A DNA stretch of 64,000 nt from positions 40,338 through 104,337 of the forward strand of contig JAWXAX010000302.1 of NCBI GenBank assembly GCA_034439735.1, given 5' to 3'. Of the stretch, positions 18,051-27,182 are shown in pieces. Positions within the stretch are counted from its first letter, which is position 1. Every line of letters starts with the position of its first letter. A program made the position numbers and the translations under genes. This DNA comes from Rhodothermales bacterium. GTDB lineage: Bacteria; Bacteroidota; Rhodothermia; Rhodothermales; JAHQVL01. The notes beneath the pieces are model-generated. The model searched no databases, was not told where the DNA came from, and saw only the letters and a list, made by a program, of their open reading frames with translations.

Positions 18051-18872
18051 ATGCGCATTGCCATCTGGGACGAGCCGGCACTCGATGTATTTGCGGTGGC
18101 GATGGAGCAAAGCGGACGCTTTGCTCCATCGGCTATCCGCAGGGGCACCCGCGCCCAGTGCCGAAATTGGATCGTCCTCGGTGAAGTGGATGTGGCTCTC
18201 GTGCCCACCCTGACGTTGTTCCGGGAGCAGGCGCTTTTCGATGCACTGCCGGCGGTGGCCATCTCGACGTGGGAATCCACTCTGGTGGAGATCGTGCTCA
18301 ACCGTCCGCTCGGCGAAGGCGTACGCACGGTCAGCTTCGATCCTCGCTACGCCCAGGAAGTGCTGCTAACGCAGATCGTGCTAAAAGAGCATTACCAGAC
18401 CGTCCCGGTGTTTAGACCGGTCGATGCGGAGTCGGTTAACCAGTTGCTCGAAGCGTCGACGGATGCCGCCATCCTGGTTAATGCCGCCTCCGACGCTGGC
18501 GCGGCGGCTACTTACCGGATGGACCTCGGTCGGGAGTGGTTCGAGTTGACGAACTACCCGATGGTATGGGGAATCTTCGTCACCCCTCGCGGGGCCGCGA
18601 ACAGCGATCACGTGCGCCGGCTCACGACGTATGCCGGCATGGCCGAGCAACTCACCGAGTCGTGGCTCGCCGATCGCGTGCTGGACGAACGTCGCGCGGC
18701 CTTCTACCGATCCCACATCCGGTACCGGTTGGACGACCTCGCCGTCGCCAGCTTCACAGCCCTCCAGGATTACCTCTACTTCTACCTGGCCACCGACGAC
18801 ATCGCCCCGGTTTCGTTCTACCAGGTCCCGGAGTCCGAAGCCGACGATTCCGACGACATCCCTCTGTTGTGA
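18051..18872 (+). CDS. MqnA/MqnD-family (PF02621-like) menaquinone-via-futalosine protein, probably chorismate dehydratase
   Basis: ATG 18051 inside the track ORF. Family-like blocks GEVDVALVPTLTLF, VSFDPRYAQEVLLTQIVLKEHY, YRMDLGREWFELTNYPMVWGIFV. Assignment by eye only. Confidence 0.5.
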   Translation: MRIAIWDEPALDVFAVAMEQSGRFAPSAIRRGTRAQCRNWIVLGEVDVALVPTLTLFREQALFDALPAVAISTWESTLVEIVLNRPLGEGVRTVSFDPRYAQEVLLTQIVLKEHYQTVPVFRPVDAESVNQLLEASTDAAILVNAASDAGAAATYRMDLGREWFELTNYPMVWGIFVTPRGAANSDHVRRLTTYAGMAEQLTESWLADRVLDERRAAFYRSHIRYRLDDLAVASFTALQDYLYFYLATDDIAPVSFYQVPESEADDSDDIPLL

Positions 18873-18879
18873 TTGCGCC

Positions 18880-19344
18880 ATGAGTGAGGAGATTAAAATC
18901 GTTGCTTCCAACCGCAAGGCGCGCCACGAATTCAGCATCGAGGAGTCGCTCGAAGCCGGCATGGTGCTCCATGGGACCGAAGTGAAGTCCCTCCGCGAAG
19001 GCAAAGTCAACATGTCGGACGCGTTCTGCATCGTCCAGGGCGGCGAGATGATGCTTTTGAACTGCCATATTTCGCCGTTTAAACACGGCGGGCACTTCAA
19101 CCACGAGGCCGTCCATCCGCGCAAATTACTCCTCCACCGCAAGGAGATCGAGAAGTGGCGCGAGGCGATCGAGCAGAAAGGGTTTACGATCGTGCCGCTC
19201 AAGATCTACTTCAAAGCCGGCCGCGCGAAGATCGAGATCGGCCTCGCAAAGGGTAAAAAGCTTTTTGACAAGCGTTCCGACATCGCGGACCGTGAATCGA
19301 AGCGCCGGCTCGAACGCGTCATGCGAAGTGGTAAAGACGAGTAG
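18880..19344 (+). CDS. smpB: SsrA-binding protein SmpB
   Basis: ATG 18880. IVASNRKARHEFSIEESLEAGMVLHGTEVKSLREGKVN and a basic C-terminal tail. Confidence 0.9.
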   Translation: MSEEIKIVASNRKARHEFSIEESLEAGMVLHGTEVKSLREGKVNMSDAFCIVQGGEMMLLNCHISPFKHGGHFNHEAVHPRKLLLHRKEIEKWREAIEQKGFTIVPLKIYFKAGRAKIEIGLAKGKKLFDKRSDIADRESKRRLERVMRSGKDE

Positions 19345-19390
19345 CGCCGATATTCACGCCTTCAGTCGCTGTTATTAGCCTCTAATATCC

Positions 19391-20611
19391 ATGTTTTTAC
19401 CCGTCGACGAACAGCTTGCGCACATCCGCCGGGGCGTCCAGGAAATCCTCCCCGAAGCGGCCCTCCGCGAGAAACTTCAGCGCTCGTACGATACCGGTAA
19501 ACCCCTCATCGTTAAACTCGGGTGCGACCCGAGCCGGCCCGACCTCCACCTCGGCCACTCCGTCGTCCTCCGTAAGCTCCGCCAGTTTCAGGATCTCGGC
19601 CATCAGGCCATCCTCATCGTGGGCGACTTCACGGGCATGATCGGCGACCCGAGCGGGAAGTCGAAGACCCGCCCGCCCCTCTCCCTCGAAGAGACCCGCC
19701 TCAACGGGCAGTCGTACTACGAACAGGCCTCGAAAATCCTCGACGGCGGCAAAGCGCGTATCCTGTACAACTCCGAGTGGCTGGGACCGATGAGCTTCCG
19801 CGACGTGATCCAGCTCGCCGGCAAATACACCGTCGCTCGGATGCTCGAACGAGACGAATTCGAGCGGCGCTACAAGGGCGGCGAGCCGATCGGGGTGCAC
19901 GAATTCCTGTACCCGCTCGCCCAGGCGCAGGACTCGGTGGCCATCCAATCCGACATCGAACTCGGCGGCACCGACCAGAAATTCAACCTGCTCGTTGGTC
20001 GCGACATCCAGATGGCGAACGGGATGCCGGCGCAAGTCTGCATCACGCTACCGCTTCTCGAAGGCACGGATGGGATCGAGAAAATGTCGAAATCGCTCGA
20101 CAACTACATCGGCATCTCCGAACCGCCCGAGCAGATGTACGGGAAAACGCTGTCCATCCCCGATACGCTCATCTACCGGTATTTCGAACTCGCCACGGAT
20201 CTGTCCACGGACGAGCTGCCGGCGCTCAAGGCCTACGCCGAGCGCGACCCCCGGAATGCCAAACACGACCTCGCGCTGCGCCTCGTCCAGATGTACCATG
20301 GTGCCGAAGCCGCCCGCCAGGCCCGCGCTCATTTCGAAAAGACCATCATCGGCGGGGGAGTGCCGGACGAGATCGAGTCGTTTACGCCCGAGGCGGAAAC
20401 CGGCTCTTCGATCAATCTCGTGAAGCTGATGGCACAGGCCGGCCTCGCGTCTTCTAACGGCGAAGCCCGCCGGCTCGTGCAGCAACAGGCCGTCTCCATC
20501 GACGGCGAACGCGTCGACGACCCGCAACTCGAGATCGACCTCGCCGTCCGCGCTCCGTTTGTGGTGAAAGTGGGCAAACGCCGCTTCGTTCGGATTATGT
20601 GGAAGGGCTAG
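19391..20611 (+). CDS. tyrS: Tyrosine--tRNA ligase
   Basis: Class I motifs HLGH and KMSKS, tyrosyl-type GDFTGMIGDPSGK, S4-like C-terminal domain. Confidence 0.9.
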   Translation: MFLPVDEQLAHIRRGVQEILPEAALREKLQRSYDTGKPLIVKLGCDPSRPDLHLGHSVVLRKLRQFQDLGHQAILIVGDFTGMIGDPSGKSKTRPPLSLEETRLNGQSYYEQASKILDGGKARILYNSEWLGPMSFRDVIQLAGKYTVARMLERDEFERRYKGGEPIGVHEFLYPLAQAQDSVAIQSDIELGGTDQKFNLLVGRDIQMANGMPAQVCITLPLLEGTDGIEKMSKSLDNYIGISEPPEQMYGKTLSIPDTLIYRYFELATDLSTDELPALKAYAERDPRNAKHDLALRLVQMYHGAEAARQARAHFEKTIIGGGVPDEIESFTPEAETGSSINLVKLMAQAGLASSNGEARRLVQQQAVSIDGERVDDPQLEIDLAVRAPFVVKVGKRRFVRIMWKG

Positions 20612-20690
20612 CTTCACCAGTCAGACGAGCACCTGAGGCCAATCGTACTCGATCCACGTCCATCGGATGACGCCGTCCTTCAGGTGTTAA

Positions 20691-20756
20691 TTATTTAGCA
20701 CTAGTGCTTGACAGGCGCCCGTCCGTCCGTTATCTTTCTGCTAAATATTTAGCACG
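20691..20756 (+). promoter_or_regulatory. Sigma70-like promoter overlapped by dyad operators upstream of the blaI-like gene
   Basis: TTGACA (20708-20713), 17 nt, TATCTT (20731-20736). Perfect 12-bp palindrome AGCACTAGTGCT (20697-20708) abuts the -35. Perfect 16-bp palindrome TGCTAAATATTTAGCA (20739-20754) sits just after the -10. 10-bp direct repeat TATTTAGCAC at 20692 and 20746. Confidence 0.6.
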
Positions 20757-20805
20757 CGTAACCCGGTGGAGCCGGGGGACGTACGGACACACCAGGAAGG
20801 TACGC

Positions 20806-21192
20806 ATGACCACGCCCCAGCACGAACACCTCAGCCGCCGCGAACGGCAAATCATGGATGTGATCTATCAAAAGGGAAAGGCGACGGCCGCCGAAGTGAT
20901 GGATCAGATCCCGGACGCCCCCAGCTACTCTGCCGTGCGTGCGCTGATGCGCATCCTGGTCGAAAAGGGCCACCTGTCGTACGCCCTATCGGGGAATCGG
21001 TACATCTACAAGCCGACCGTGTCGCGGCAGACCGCCAAGCACAACGCGCTACAACACGTGTTGTCGACATTCTTCGAGGGATCCGTTTCGCAGGCGATGG
21101 TGGCGTTGTTGGATCTGACGGACGAGTTGCCGGAGGATGAACTGGAGCGCCTGTCGGTGTTGATCGAAAAAGCCAAAAACGAAGGAAAATGA
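20806..21192 (+). CDS. BlaI/MecI/CopY-family transcriptional repressor
   Basis: ATG 20806 with AGGAAGG 6 nt upstream. LSRRERQIMDVIYQKGKATAAEVMDQIP winged-helix pattern. ATGA overlap with the M56 gene. Confidence 0.85.
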   Translation: MTTPQHEHLSRRERQIMDVIYQKGKATAAEVMDQIPDAPSYSAVRALMRILVEKGHLSYALSGNRYIYKPTVSRQTAKHNALQHVLSTFFEGSVSQAMVALLDLTDELPEDELERLSVLIEKAKNEGK

Positions 21193-23861
21193 CCATGGAC
21201 AACCTGCTCTTCTCGCCGGCCTTCACCCGTGAGGCCTTCGTCGTGCTTTTCGACTACGCACTCAAGGGCGTGATCATTCTTTTGTTCGCCAACCTGCTCG
21301 TCTACCTGCTTCGGCCGGCCTCCGCGGCGATCCTGCATGCGATCTGGACCGTAGCGATGGTGCTGCTGATCCTGGTGCCGATCGCGCCGCGACTCGTGCC
21401 GGGTCTGGACCTGGCGATCCTCGACCCGAGGGCCCTGCCGGGGGTGAGTGGCGCCACGGGATTGGCTGGTGAAAATGCGCCCGAGGATGCGGTAGTTGCC
21501 TACTGGCCCTCGCAAGGCGACTCATATGGGGTATTGAACCGGAATGTGCAGGAGCAGGCTGCACTGGAAGAATCCATGGCCGCGGTGAGGGACAAACAAG
21601 GCTCGGGTGACGCATACATCGTCCGTTCGCCTGACGCCGGCTACCGGATCGAGCCGGCCGCGCCCATTGCTCCTTTGCTTCGAACGCAGACGGCCATGCC
21701 TGTTCTGGACGCTGTGTTGTTGTTTGGGATGACGGCGGGATGGTCGGACTGGATGCTGCTCGTCTGGCTGGGCGGCGTGGTGTTTCTGATAGGATGGATG
21801 ATCTCGGGCGTCGTGGGGCTGTTCTGGCTGCGCCAGCGGTCGACTCATCTGATGGGGGAGGACTGGCAGGATCTCATCGATGAAATCTCCGAACGATATG
21901 CGTTGCGTCGGCCAGTAGCCCTCATGACGAGTGGCCGCATCGCGATGCCGATGACGTGGGGGGTGTGGCGTCCGGTGGTGATGTTGCCCGTCGACGCGGA
22001 GGACTGGCCGGCGGAGCGGCGGCGCTCCGTGCTCCTACACGAAGTGGCCCACATCGCGCGCTGGGATTACCTGACCCAGAGCCTCGCCTATGCCGTGTGC
22101 GCCGTAAACTGGTTCAACCCGCTGGTGTGGCGCGCCGCCGGCCAGATGCGACTCGAACAGGAAAAGGCGTGTGACGACCGGGTGTTGTCCCATGGCATGA
22201 AGGCGACCGCGTACGCCTCGCACCTGATGGACCTCGCCCGGACCGTGCGCTCCGCGTTTGTATCGCCATCCGCTGCGATGTCGATGGCGCGTCCGTCTCA
22301 GCTTGAAGGCCGGCTGATCGCCATCCTGGACGATCGGCACGACCGGCGGACCCCCTCGTGGCGCCGGCTTGTGGGGACGGCGGCGGCATCTTTCGTGCTC
22401 ATTCTACCGCTTGCGGCGATGCAGGTCTGGCGCCCAACGGCAGAGACCGTTTCCGCGAAACCGGCCCGTTTCAGCATGCTCGCGCCGGCGCCCGAGTATG
22501 AAAAGATCGCGGAGGACGCTTCCCTTGCCGCGTTGGCAGAACTCGAGGCCGTACATCTCAACCTGGAGGCGTTGGAGATTGCGAACCAGGAGCTGTACTT
22601 CACGCTGGATATCTCCACGGACACCACCGATGAGCAGCGAAAAGCCGCGCGCCGTAAGGCGATTGTCGCGCTACGCAGCGCGCTGGACGACGAAAACGAG
22701 GCTATCCGGCGCGACGCCGTGATCGCGCTGTATCAGATCGGCGGGGCCGATGCCGTCGATGCCTTTGTTGAGGTCGTCCGCAACGACCCGAGTGCGGACG
22801 TACGCCGGCAGGCCGTCATGGCGCTTAGTCGGGCCAGGGGCGAAACCGCGGAGCAGGGTCTGATCGCCGCGTTGTCCGACGCCGACCGGGATGTCCGGCG
22901 CGACGCGCTGATCGCGCTGAGCAGCCGGGAGGTGACCGAAGCGACGCCGGCATTTGAGCAGGCGTTAAAGGATGAGGACGCCATGATCCGCGCGACGGCC
23001 GTACGGGCCATGGCCGCCCATCCGGCGGAAGGGACCGTCGATGCGCTGGCGGATGTGCTCGCCAACGATGCCTCGCGCGACGTCCGTATCGCGGCGGTGC
23101 AGGGGCTCGGGATGATGCGCGATATCCGCGCGGTGGACGCGCTTTCCGCCGCACTGGAGGATGAGGATGTGGATGTGCGCCGGCTGGCAGCCCAGGCGCT
23201 CAGCCAGCTCAACTATGGGGGGGATGAGCAGGTTCGGCGTACGGTGGGTCGGGCCTGGGGCGGCGTCCTGGCGCCCGGTCAGATTCGGAGTGGGGCAGGT
23301 CCGGGGACGATTTTTTCATCGGCGGAGGCGCCGGCCGTCTGGGGGTATAGCCGGGGCTTGAACGACAGCGCGCGGGTGATGGCGTATTCGGATGATCTGG
23401 CGCGTGTTGGATCGCAGGCACGGGACAATGAGCATATTCAGTTGTTGAATGAGAAGGCATTATGGGAGAACGAACGCAAGCGGGAGGCCATCGAACAAGA
23501 AATGGAAGCATTGCGTGGATTCATAGAGCGCAGTCAGACGGAGGGCGGGGGAGAACAGGATAGTCGCGAACTTATGAAACGCCTGGAGGCGCTGCAGATT
23601 GAACGGGATCTTTCGGATTCTGCACTTGAACACCGACTCCGAATATCTCGATGGCCGCAAGCCGGCGAGACCTTCACTGCAGCCCCCGGTGCTTCGCAAG
23701 AGGAATTGAAGGAAGCACGGATCAGCGAGATGATCCGGTTCATCGAAGAGCAGCCGTCGGGCCCTCGGTGCAAGGAGTATGTTAAGCTGCTCCAGGACAT
23801 GAAGGACAGTAACCCGCGCGCGAAGATCGCCGTGGAGACCCTCAGCTGCGAGAAAGAATGA
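21189..23861 (+). CDS. BlaR1-like M56 membrane metallopeptidase with C-terminal HEAT-repeat and coiled-coil region
   Basis: M56 zinc motif LLHEVAHIARWD after several TM helices. The C-terminal half has at least five DxDVRRxAxxAL HEAT/PBS-lyase-like repeats. No penicillin-binding transpeptidase-like sensor recognisable. Confidence 0.8.
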   Translation: MTMDNLLFSPAFTREAFVVLFDYALKGVIILLFANLLVYLLRPASAAILHAIWTVAMVLLILVPIAPRLVPGLDLAILDPRALPGVSGATGLAGENAPEDAVVAYWPSQGDSYGVLNRNVQEQAALEESMAAVRDKQGSGDAYIVRSPDAGYRIEPAAPIAPLLRTQTAMPVLDAVLLFGMTAGWSDWMLLVWLGGVVFLIGWMISGVVGLFWLRQRSTHLMGEDWQDLIDEISERYALRRPVALMTSGRIAMPMTWGVWRPVVMLPVDAEDWPAERRRSVLLHEVAHIARWDYLTQSLAYAVCAVNWFNPLVWRAAGQMRLEQEKACDDRVLSHGMKATAYASHLMDLARTVRSAFVSPSAAMSMARPSQLEGRLIAILDDRHDRRTPSWRRLVGTAAASFVLILPLAAMQVWRPTAETVSAKPARFSMLAPAPEYEKIAEDASLAALAELEAVHLNLEALEIANQELYFTLDISTDTTDEQRKAARRKAIVALRSALDDENEAIRRDAVIALYQIGGADAVDAFVEVVRNDPSADVRRQAVMALSRARGETAEQGLIAALSDADRDVRRDALIALSSREVTEATPAFEQALKDEDAMIRATAVRAMAAHPAEGTVDALADVLANDASRDVRIAAVQGLGMMRDIRAVDALSAALEDEDVDVRRLAAQALSQLNYGGDEQVRRTVGRAWGGVLAPGQIRSGAGPGTIFSSAEAPAVWGYSRGLNDSARVMAYSDDLARVGSQARDNEHIQLLNEKALWENERKREAIEQEMEALRGFIERSQTEGGGEQDSRELMKRLEALQIERDLSDSALEHRLRISRWPQAGETFTAAPGASQEELKEARISEMIRFIEEQPSGPRCKEYVKLLQDMKDSNPRAKIAVETLSCEKE

Positions 23862-24207
23862 CGTCGTAGTACGCGAGGGCGGCCGGCGTCGCGACGAGGC
23901 GGGTGCCGTTGAGATCGACTTCGAAGAGGGAGGCCTGGCGGGTTTGCCGGGCCTTCCATGTTAACATTCGCTCCACGACAACCTGGACGGCGCCGTCATT
24001 GGAGCGTTCCGCCAGCGCCGGCCCGTCGAGCCCCAGCTCGTCCTGCATGAACACGAGCCAGCTGCCGTCGGACAGGACGGCGCGCACATGACCGTCCTGC
24101 ACATACAGCTGGCGGATGGCGCGGGCCATCACAGGATAGATGTGATGATGCAGCCGGGCTGCCGGCACGGGCCGGCCGCGGGCTTGCAGCGAAGGAAGGC
24201 GAGGCAT
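23842..24207 (-). CDS. Hypothetical protein (last gene of the envelope operon)
   Basis: 121-aa ORF starting 14 nt after the receiver-gene stop on the same strand. No motif recognised. Its 3-prime end overlaps the convergent blaR1-like gene by 20 nt. Confidence 0.4.
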   Translation of the reverse strand: MPRLPSLQARGRPVPAARLHHHIYPVMARAIRQLYVQDGHVRAVLSDGSWLVFMQDELGLDGPALAERSNDGAVQVVVERMLTWKARQTRQASLFEVDLNGTRLVATPAALAYYDVILSRS

Positions 24208-24220
24208 GAGGACACGGGAG

Positions 24221-24604
24221 TCACGCGGCGAGGAGTTGGGTAATGGTTTCGAGTAGCTGTTTCTGGGTGAAAGGTTTGCTCACATAGCCGTCGAACCCCA
24301 TGTTGAGGAACCGGTTACGATCTCCGGGCATGGCGTAGGCAGTAAGCGCGATGATCGGAATGGATGCGTAATGACCCTTCTGGCGGATCATGTTGAGCAG
24401 ATCGATGCCTGTACGCTCTTCGCCGAGGTGAATATCAACCAGGAGCAAGTCAAACGTATGCTGCGTTGTCAATTGCAGCGCCTCATCGATTTTGCACGCG
24501 ATGTCGATTTTGTATGAAGCCTGCAGAAAATACCGCAACAGGATCTGTGTGTCGGCATTGTCTTCGACCACCAGAATATGGGTAGCTGCCGGCTTTATAC
24601 TCAT
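24221..24604 (-). CDS. Single-domain CheY-like response regulator receiver
   Basis: ILVVEDNADTQILL, phospho-acceptor context FDLLLVDIHL, conserved ALTAY and K in GFDGYVSKPF. No output domain. Confidence 0.85.
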   Translation of the reverse strand: MSIKPAATHILVVEDNADTQILLRYFLQASYKIDIACKIDEALQLTTQHTFDLLLVDIHLGEERTGIDLLNMIRQKGHYASIPIIALTAYAMPGDRNRFLNMGFDGYVSKPFTQKQLLETITQLLAA

Positions 24605-24668
24605 CGTTCGCTCTGGGCCTCATCTATGCCTCAGCTGCGGGCGAAGGCAAAAGTAGATAGTGATAGGA

Positions 24669-26750
24669 CTATGAATCGTGCTTCCAGCGTAGCTGCATGC
24701 GCACCGTGCGGAACCGAGGGCCCTCGAACAGATCCGGCCCGCTGCCGGCCCGACGATCCACCGGGTACGACGCACGCTCGAACTTGACTTCAAACGTCAA
24801 GGCAGGGCCTGCCCGGTAGGACATCAGAATATAAAACCGATCGCCATTCCCCGCATACTGTGCAACGATAAAGCGTGAATATACATCGTCCTCATAGGCA
24901 AAAGCCGTCGCGTCCGCACCTGTGGATGCGAACGAGGCAAACCGGGTGGTGAGGCGAAGCCACGTCGCCGGCCTCCAGGTAATGTCGCTATACAGCAGGA
25001 CCCCGCGCTGGCGCTTGCCAGGCCTGTCCGCCAGGACCCAGTCCGCCCGCATACGAAGGAGCAACGCGGGGCTATGCGTGTAGCTGGCGTGGAGGCGGAA
25101 GGTGCGTCTCCGTGTGGCATATAACCCATCGACCACGCGACCGGCTGCATCCACATACATGCCGCCGGTTTCAGTCTGTTGTTGGCGGTATTGGAGGTAG
25201 CCGCCGATGTACGGCGCCGGCTCGACATTGAGGCGGATACTGGCTTCACGGCCCTGACCGGGGAGGGGGAGGCCGGTGCGTGGCCACGGGTGCCCGAAAC
25301 GGTCGATATACCCGGCCATAGACCACCGCCGCGACGGGGTGATGCGTATCGCGAGGTAGACGCCCTCCTCGTTCTGAGGGATGGACCCCGCGGCGCGAAA
25401 GGCATTGCCATACAATGGGGCGAACGCCGGCTGGAAGCGCCGCGCCACGAACAGCGCTTCGAGGCGCGGATCGGGCACGATCTGGCCTCCGACAATCAGC
25501 CCATCGCCACCTCCGGCCGTGCGGCCATACTCGGCGAACAGGTGGGCGGATCGGGAGCCATACCTCGCGAAGGCGCTGGAGGCGGACTGACGCCTGCCCC
25601 GGAAGTCGAAGGCCTCATAGAGGGCGTCGCCAGCAGCGATGGGCATGTCGAACTGGCCGAGGACATGCACGATCCCGACGCTCCACGAACGGGCGGCGGC
25701 AAGCAGGCGGAACCCGGCCGTATTCGAACGCAGAACGCCGCGCCGGGCGCGTTCGGTGGCCGTCCTGTGGAGGCCGGTCCGGTTGATGGCCCGTACCTCG
25801 GCCAGTGGGCCCGTATCGGTCAGGACGGTGTCGATCGAGGCGGCGAGTGCGCGTCGGGAAGCAAATACCAGGAGTTGGGTCCCACGTAGCGGAGCCACTT
25901 CCACGGCCGCGCCACGGAAGAAGGCGCTTTCGCCGGCACTACCGTACGGGCTGAGCCCGCTGCCCGAAACAAGCGGATCGAGGGTAGGCGCGGCGCCGGC
26001 GATCGCGCGATATGGCGCCCCGAGGAGCAATCCGTGCCCGGCCTGCGCCAGGTAATCCCCCACGACCAGGCGACGAAGCCAGCGGCGGCCGGACCACGAA
26101 ATGCTGCCAGCAACGTGATCCATCCCCAGGACTCCCCGGTTGGGCTCCCAGCTCAGTGCCTCGCCGGCGTCTTTCTCCATTGCAAACCGAACCGAGGCGC
26201 CGCCGCGATCGAGGCGGAGGCGCGTATACGCCGCCAGCGGCGACCCCGAAAAAGCCGGCCCGATGGAATCGCCGGGATCGGAACGGAAGCCGCTGCGGAG
26301 GTCGAGGTCGCGGCTGAACCGTTGCAGGATTTCGATGCGCGTGCGGGGCGGGCTCCTGTCAGCTCCTGGTGTCTCCGGGTCAGTGAAAGCCACGAAAGGG
26401 GCCAGCCGGCGGGCGGTATCGGCATCGAAGCCGGGGAGTCCCGCCAGAGCGTCGAGGGACGCGAGAGCAGGGGATAGCGAGAGTCGCGCGGTGAGCGCCG
26501 CTTTTTGTATGGCGCTCAGGTAGGGCAGGCGGTCGACGTCGCGCACGGCGGCGGCATCCAGTAAAAGGGGCTGTTCGAGAAGCGTCTGCCAGAAGTGGAG
26601 GAGAGCTTCCGCATCCGATTCGTCCGTCGGGAGGGATTCCAGCAGGTCGTCCCATCCGGCGAATAACGACTCGGGCGTCTGTGCCCTGGCCGACGTTGCG
26701 GACATTCCGCAGAGCAGGATCAGGCAGGCAACAAGTAGTGACGAAGGCAT
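24669..26750 (-). CDS. Helix-hairpin-helix (ComEA-like) domain protein fused to a large predicted outer-membrane beta-barrel-like region
   Basis: Signal peptide. Two HhH-like segments (VRDVDRLPYLSAIQKAALTARL; LDALAGLPGFDADTARRLAPFV). The remaining ~550 aa have an alternating Tyr/Arg/Gly-rich strand-like pattern. Confidence 0.6.
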   Translation of the reverse strand: MPSSLLVACLILLCGMSATSARAQTPESLFAGWDDLLESLPTDESDAEALLHFWQTLLEQPLLLDAAAVRDVDRLPYLSAIQKAALTARLSLSPALASLDALAGLPGFDADTARRLAPFVAFTDPETPGADRSPPRTRIEILQRFSRDLDLRSGFRSDPGDSIGPAFSGSPLAAYTRLRLDRGGASVRFAMEKDAGEALSWEPNRGVLGMDHVAGSISWSGRRWLRRLVVGDYLAQAGHGLLLGAPYRAIAGAAPTLDPLVSGSGLSPYGSAGESAFFRGAAVEVAPLRGTQLLVFASRRALAASIDTVLTDTGPLAEVRAINRTGLHRTATERARRGVLRSNTAGFRLLAAARSWSVGIVHVLGQFDMPIAAGDALYEAFDFRGRRQSASSAFARYGSRSAHLFAEYGRTAGGGDGLIVGGQIVPDPRLEALFVARRFQPAFAPLYGNAFRAAGSIPQNEEGVYLAIRITPSRRWSMAGYIDRFGHPWPRTGLPLPGQGREASIRLNVEPAPYIGGYLQYRQQQTETGGMYVDAAGRVVDGLYATRRRTFRLHASYTHSPALLLRMRADWVLADRPGKRQRGVLLYSDITWRPATWLRLTTRFASFASTGADATAFAYEDDVYSRFIVAQYAGNGDRFYILMSYRAGPALTFEVKFERASYPVDRRAGSGPDLFEGPRFRTVRMQLRWKHDS

Positions 26751-26804
26751 GGTACGGGCGGCCGGAGGAAGGGGGCTCTACCCGTACTAGACAGTTTTTG
26801 GAGA

Positions 26805-27074
26805 TCAGGCGTACCGTCTGTCGCGCATATTTTTTGCGAGATAAAAGGCGAGGGCTCCGAAAAACGAGACGAACCAGACGACGAAGGTCGCGCCGAAGAG
26901 GAATCCCGGCCGCCCCGATGGAAGGGCGAGCAGCACCTCGAATCGGTGCGCGTACCAGGCGCCGATGGCGTAAAACAGCCAGTAGAGCGACATCAAGGCG
27001 GCGAAGGCGCCGGCTTTACGAGAGATCGCGTTGGATGTGGGCGTCATAAGCGAGGCCAGGAGGCGGAGGGTCAT
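26805..27074 (-). CDS. Small integral membrane protein, unknown function
   Basis: 89-aa ORF with three hydrophobic helices, lying between two same-strand envelope genes. Confidence 0.5.
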   Translation of the reverse strand: MTLRLLASLMTPTSNAISRKAGAFAALMSLYWLFYAIGAWYAHRFEVLLALPSGRPGFLFGATFVVWFVSFFGALAFYLAKNMRDRRYA

Positions 27075-27182
27075 GGGAGCGGGGGCGAGTGGGAGCGGAA
27101 CCGGTTACAAGAAACGAAACACGCGGGCAAGGACGGGGTCGGGCGCACGCAATCCACACTCGCCTTTGGCGCGGCTTATATG

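Noticed and set aside
19345-19390. T-box or other leader upstream of tyrS, and a cobalamin riboswitch upstream of the ABC ATPase/PduO genes
   Set aside because: The tyrS leader is only ~45 nt with no specifier or antiterminator structure visible. The ATPase and PduO genes overlap their upstream genes, which leaves no room for a riboswitch.
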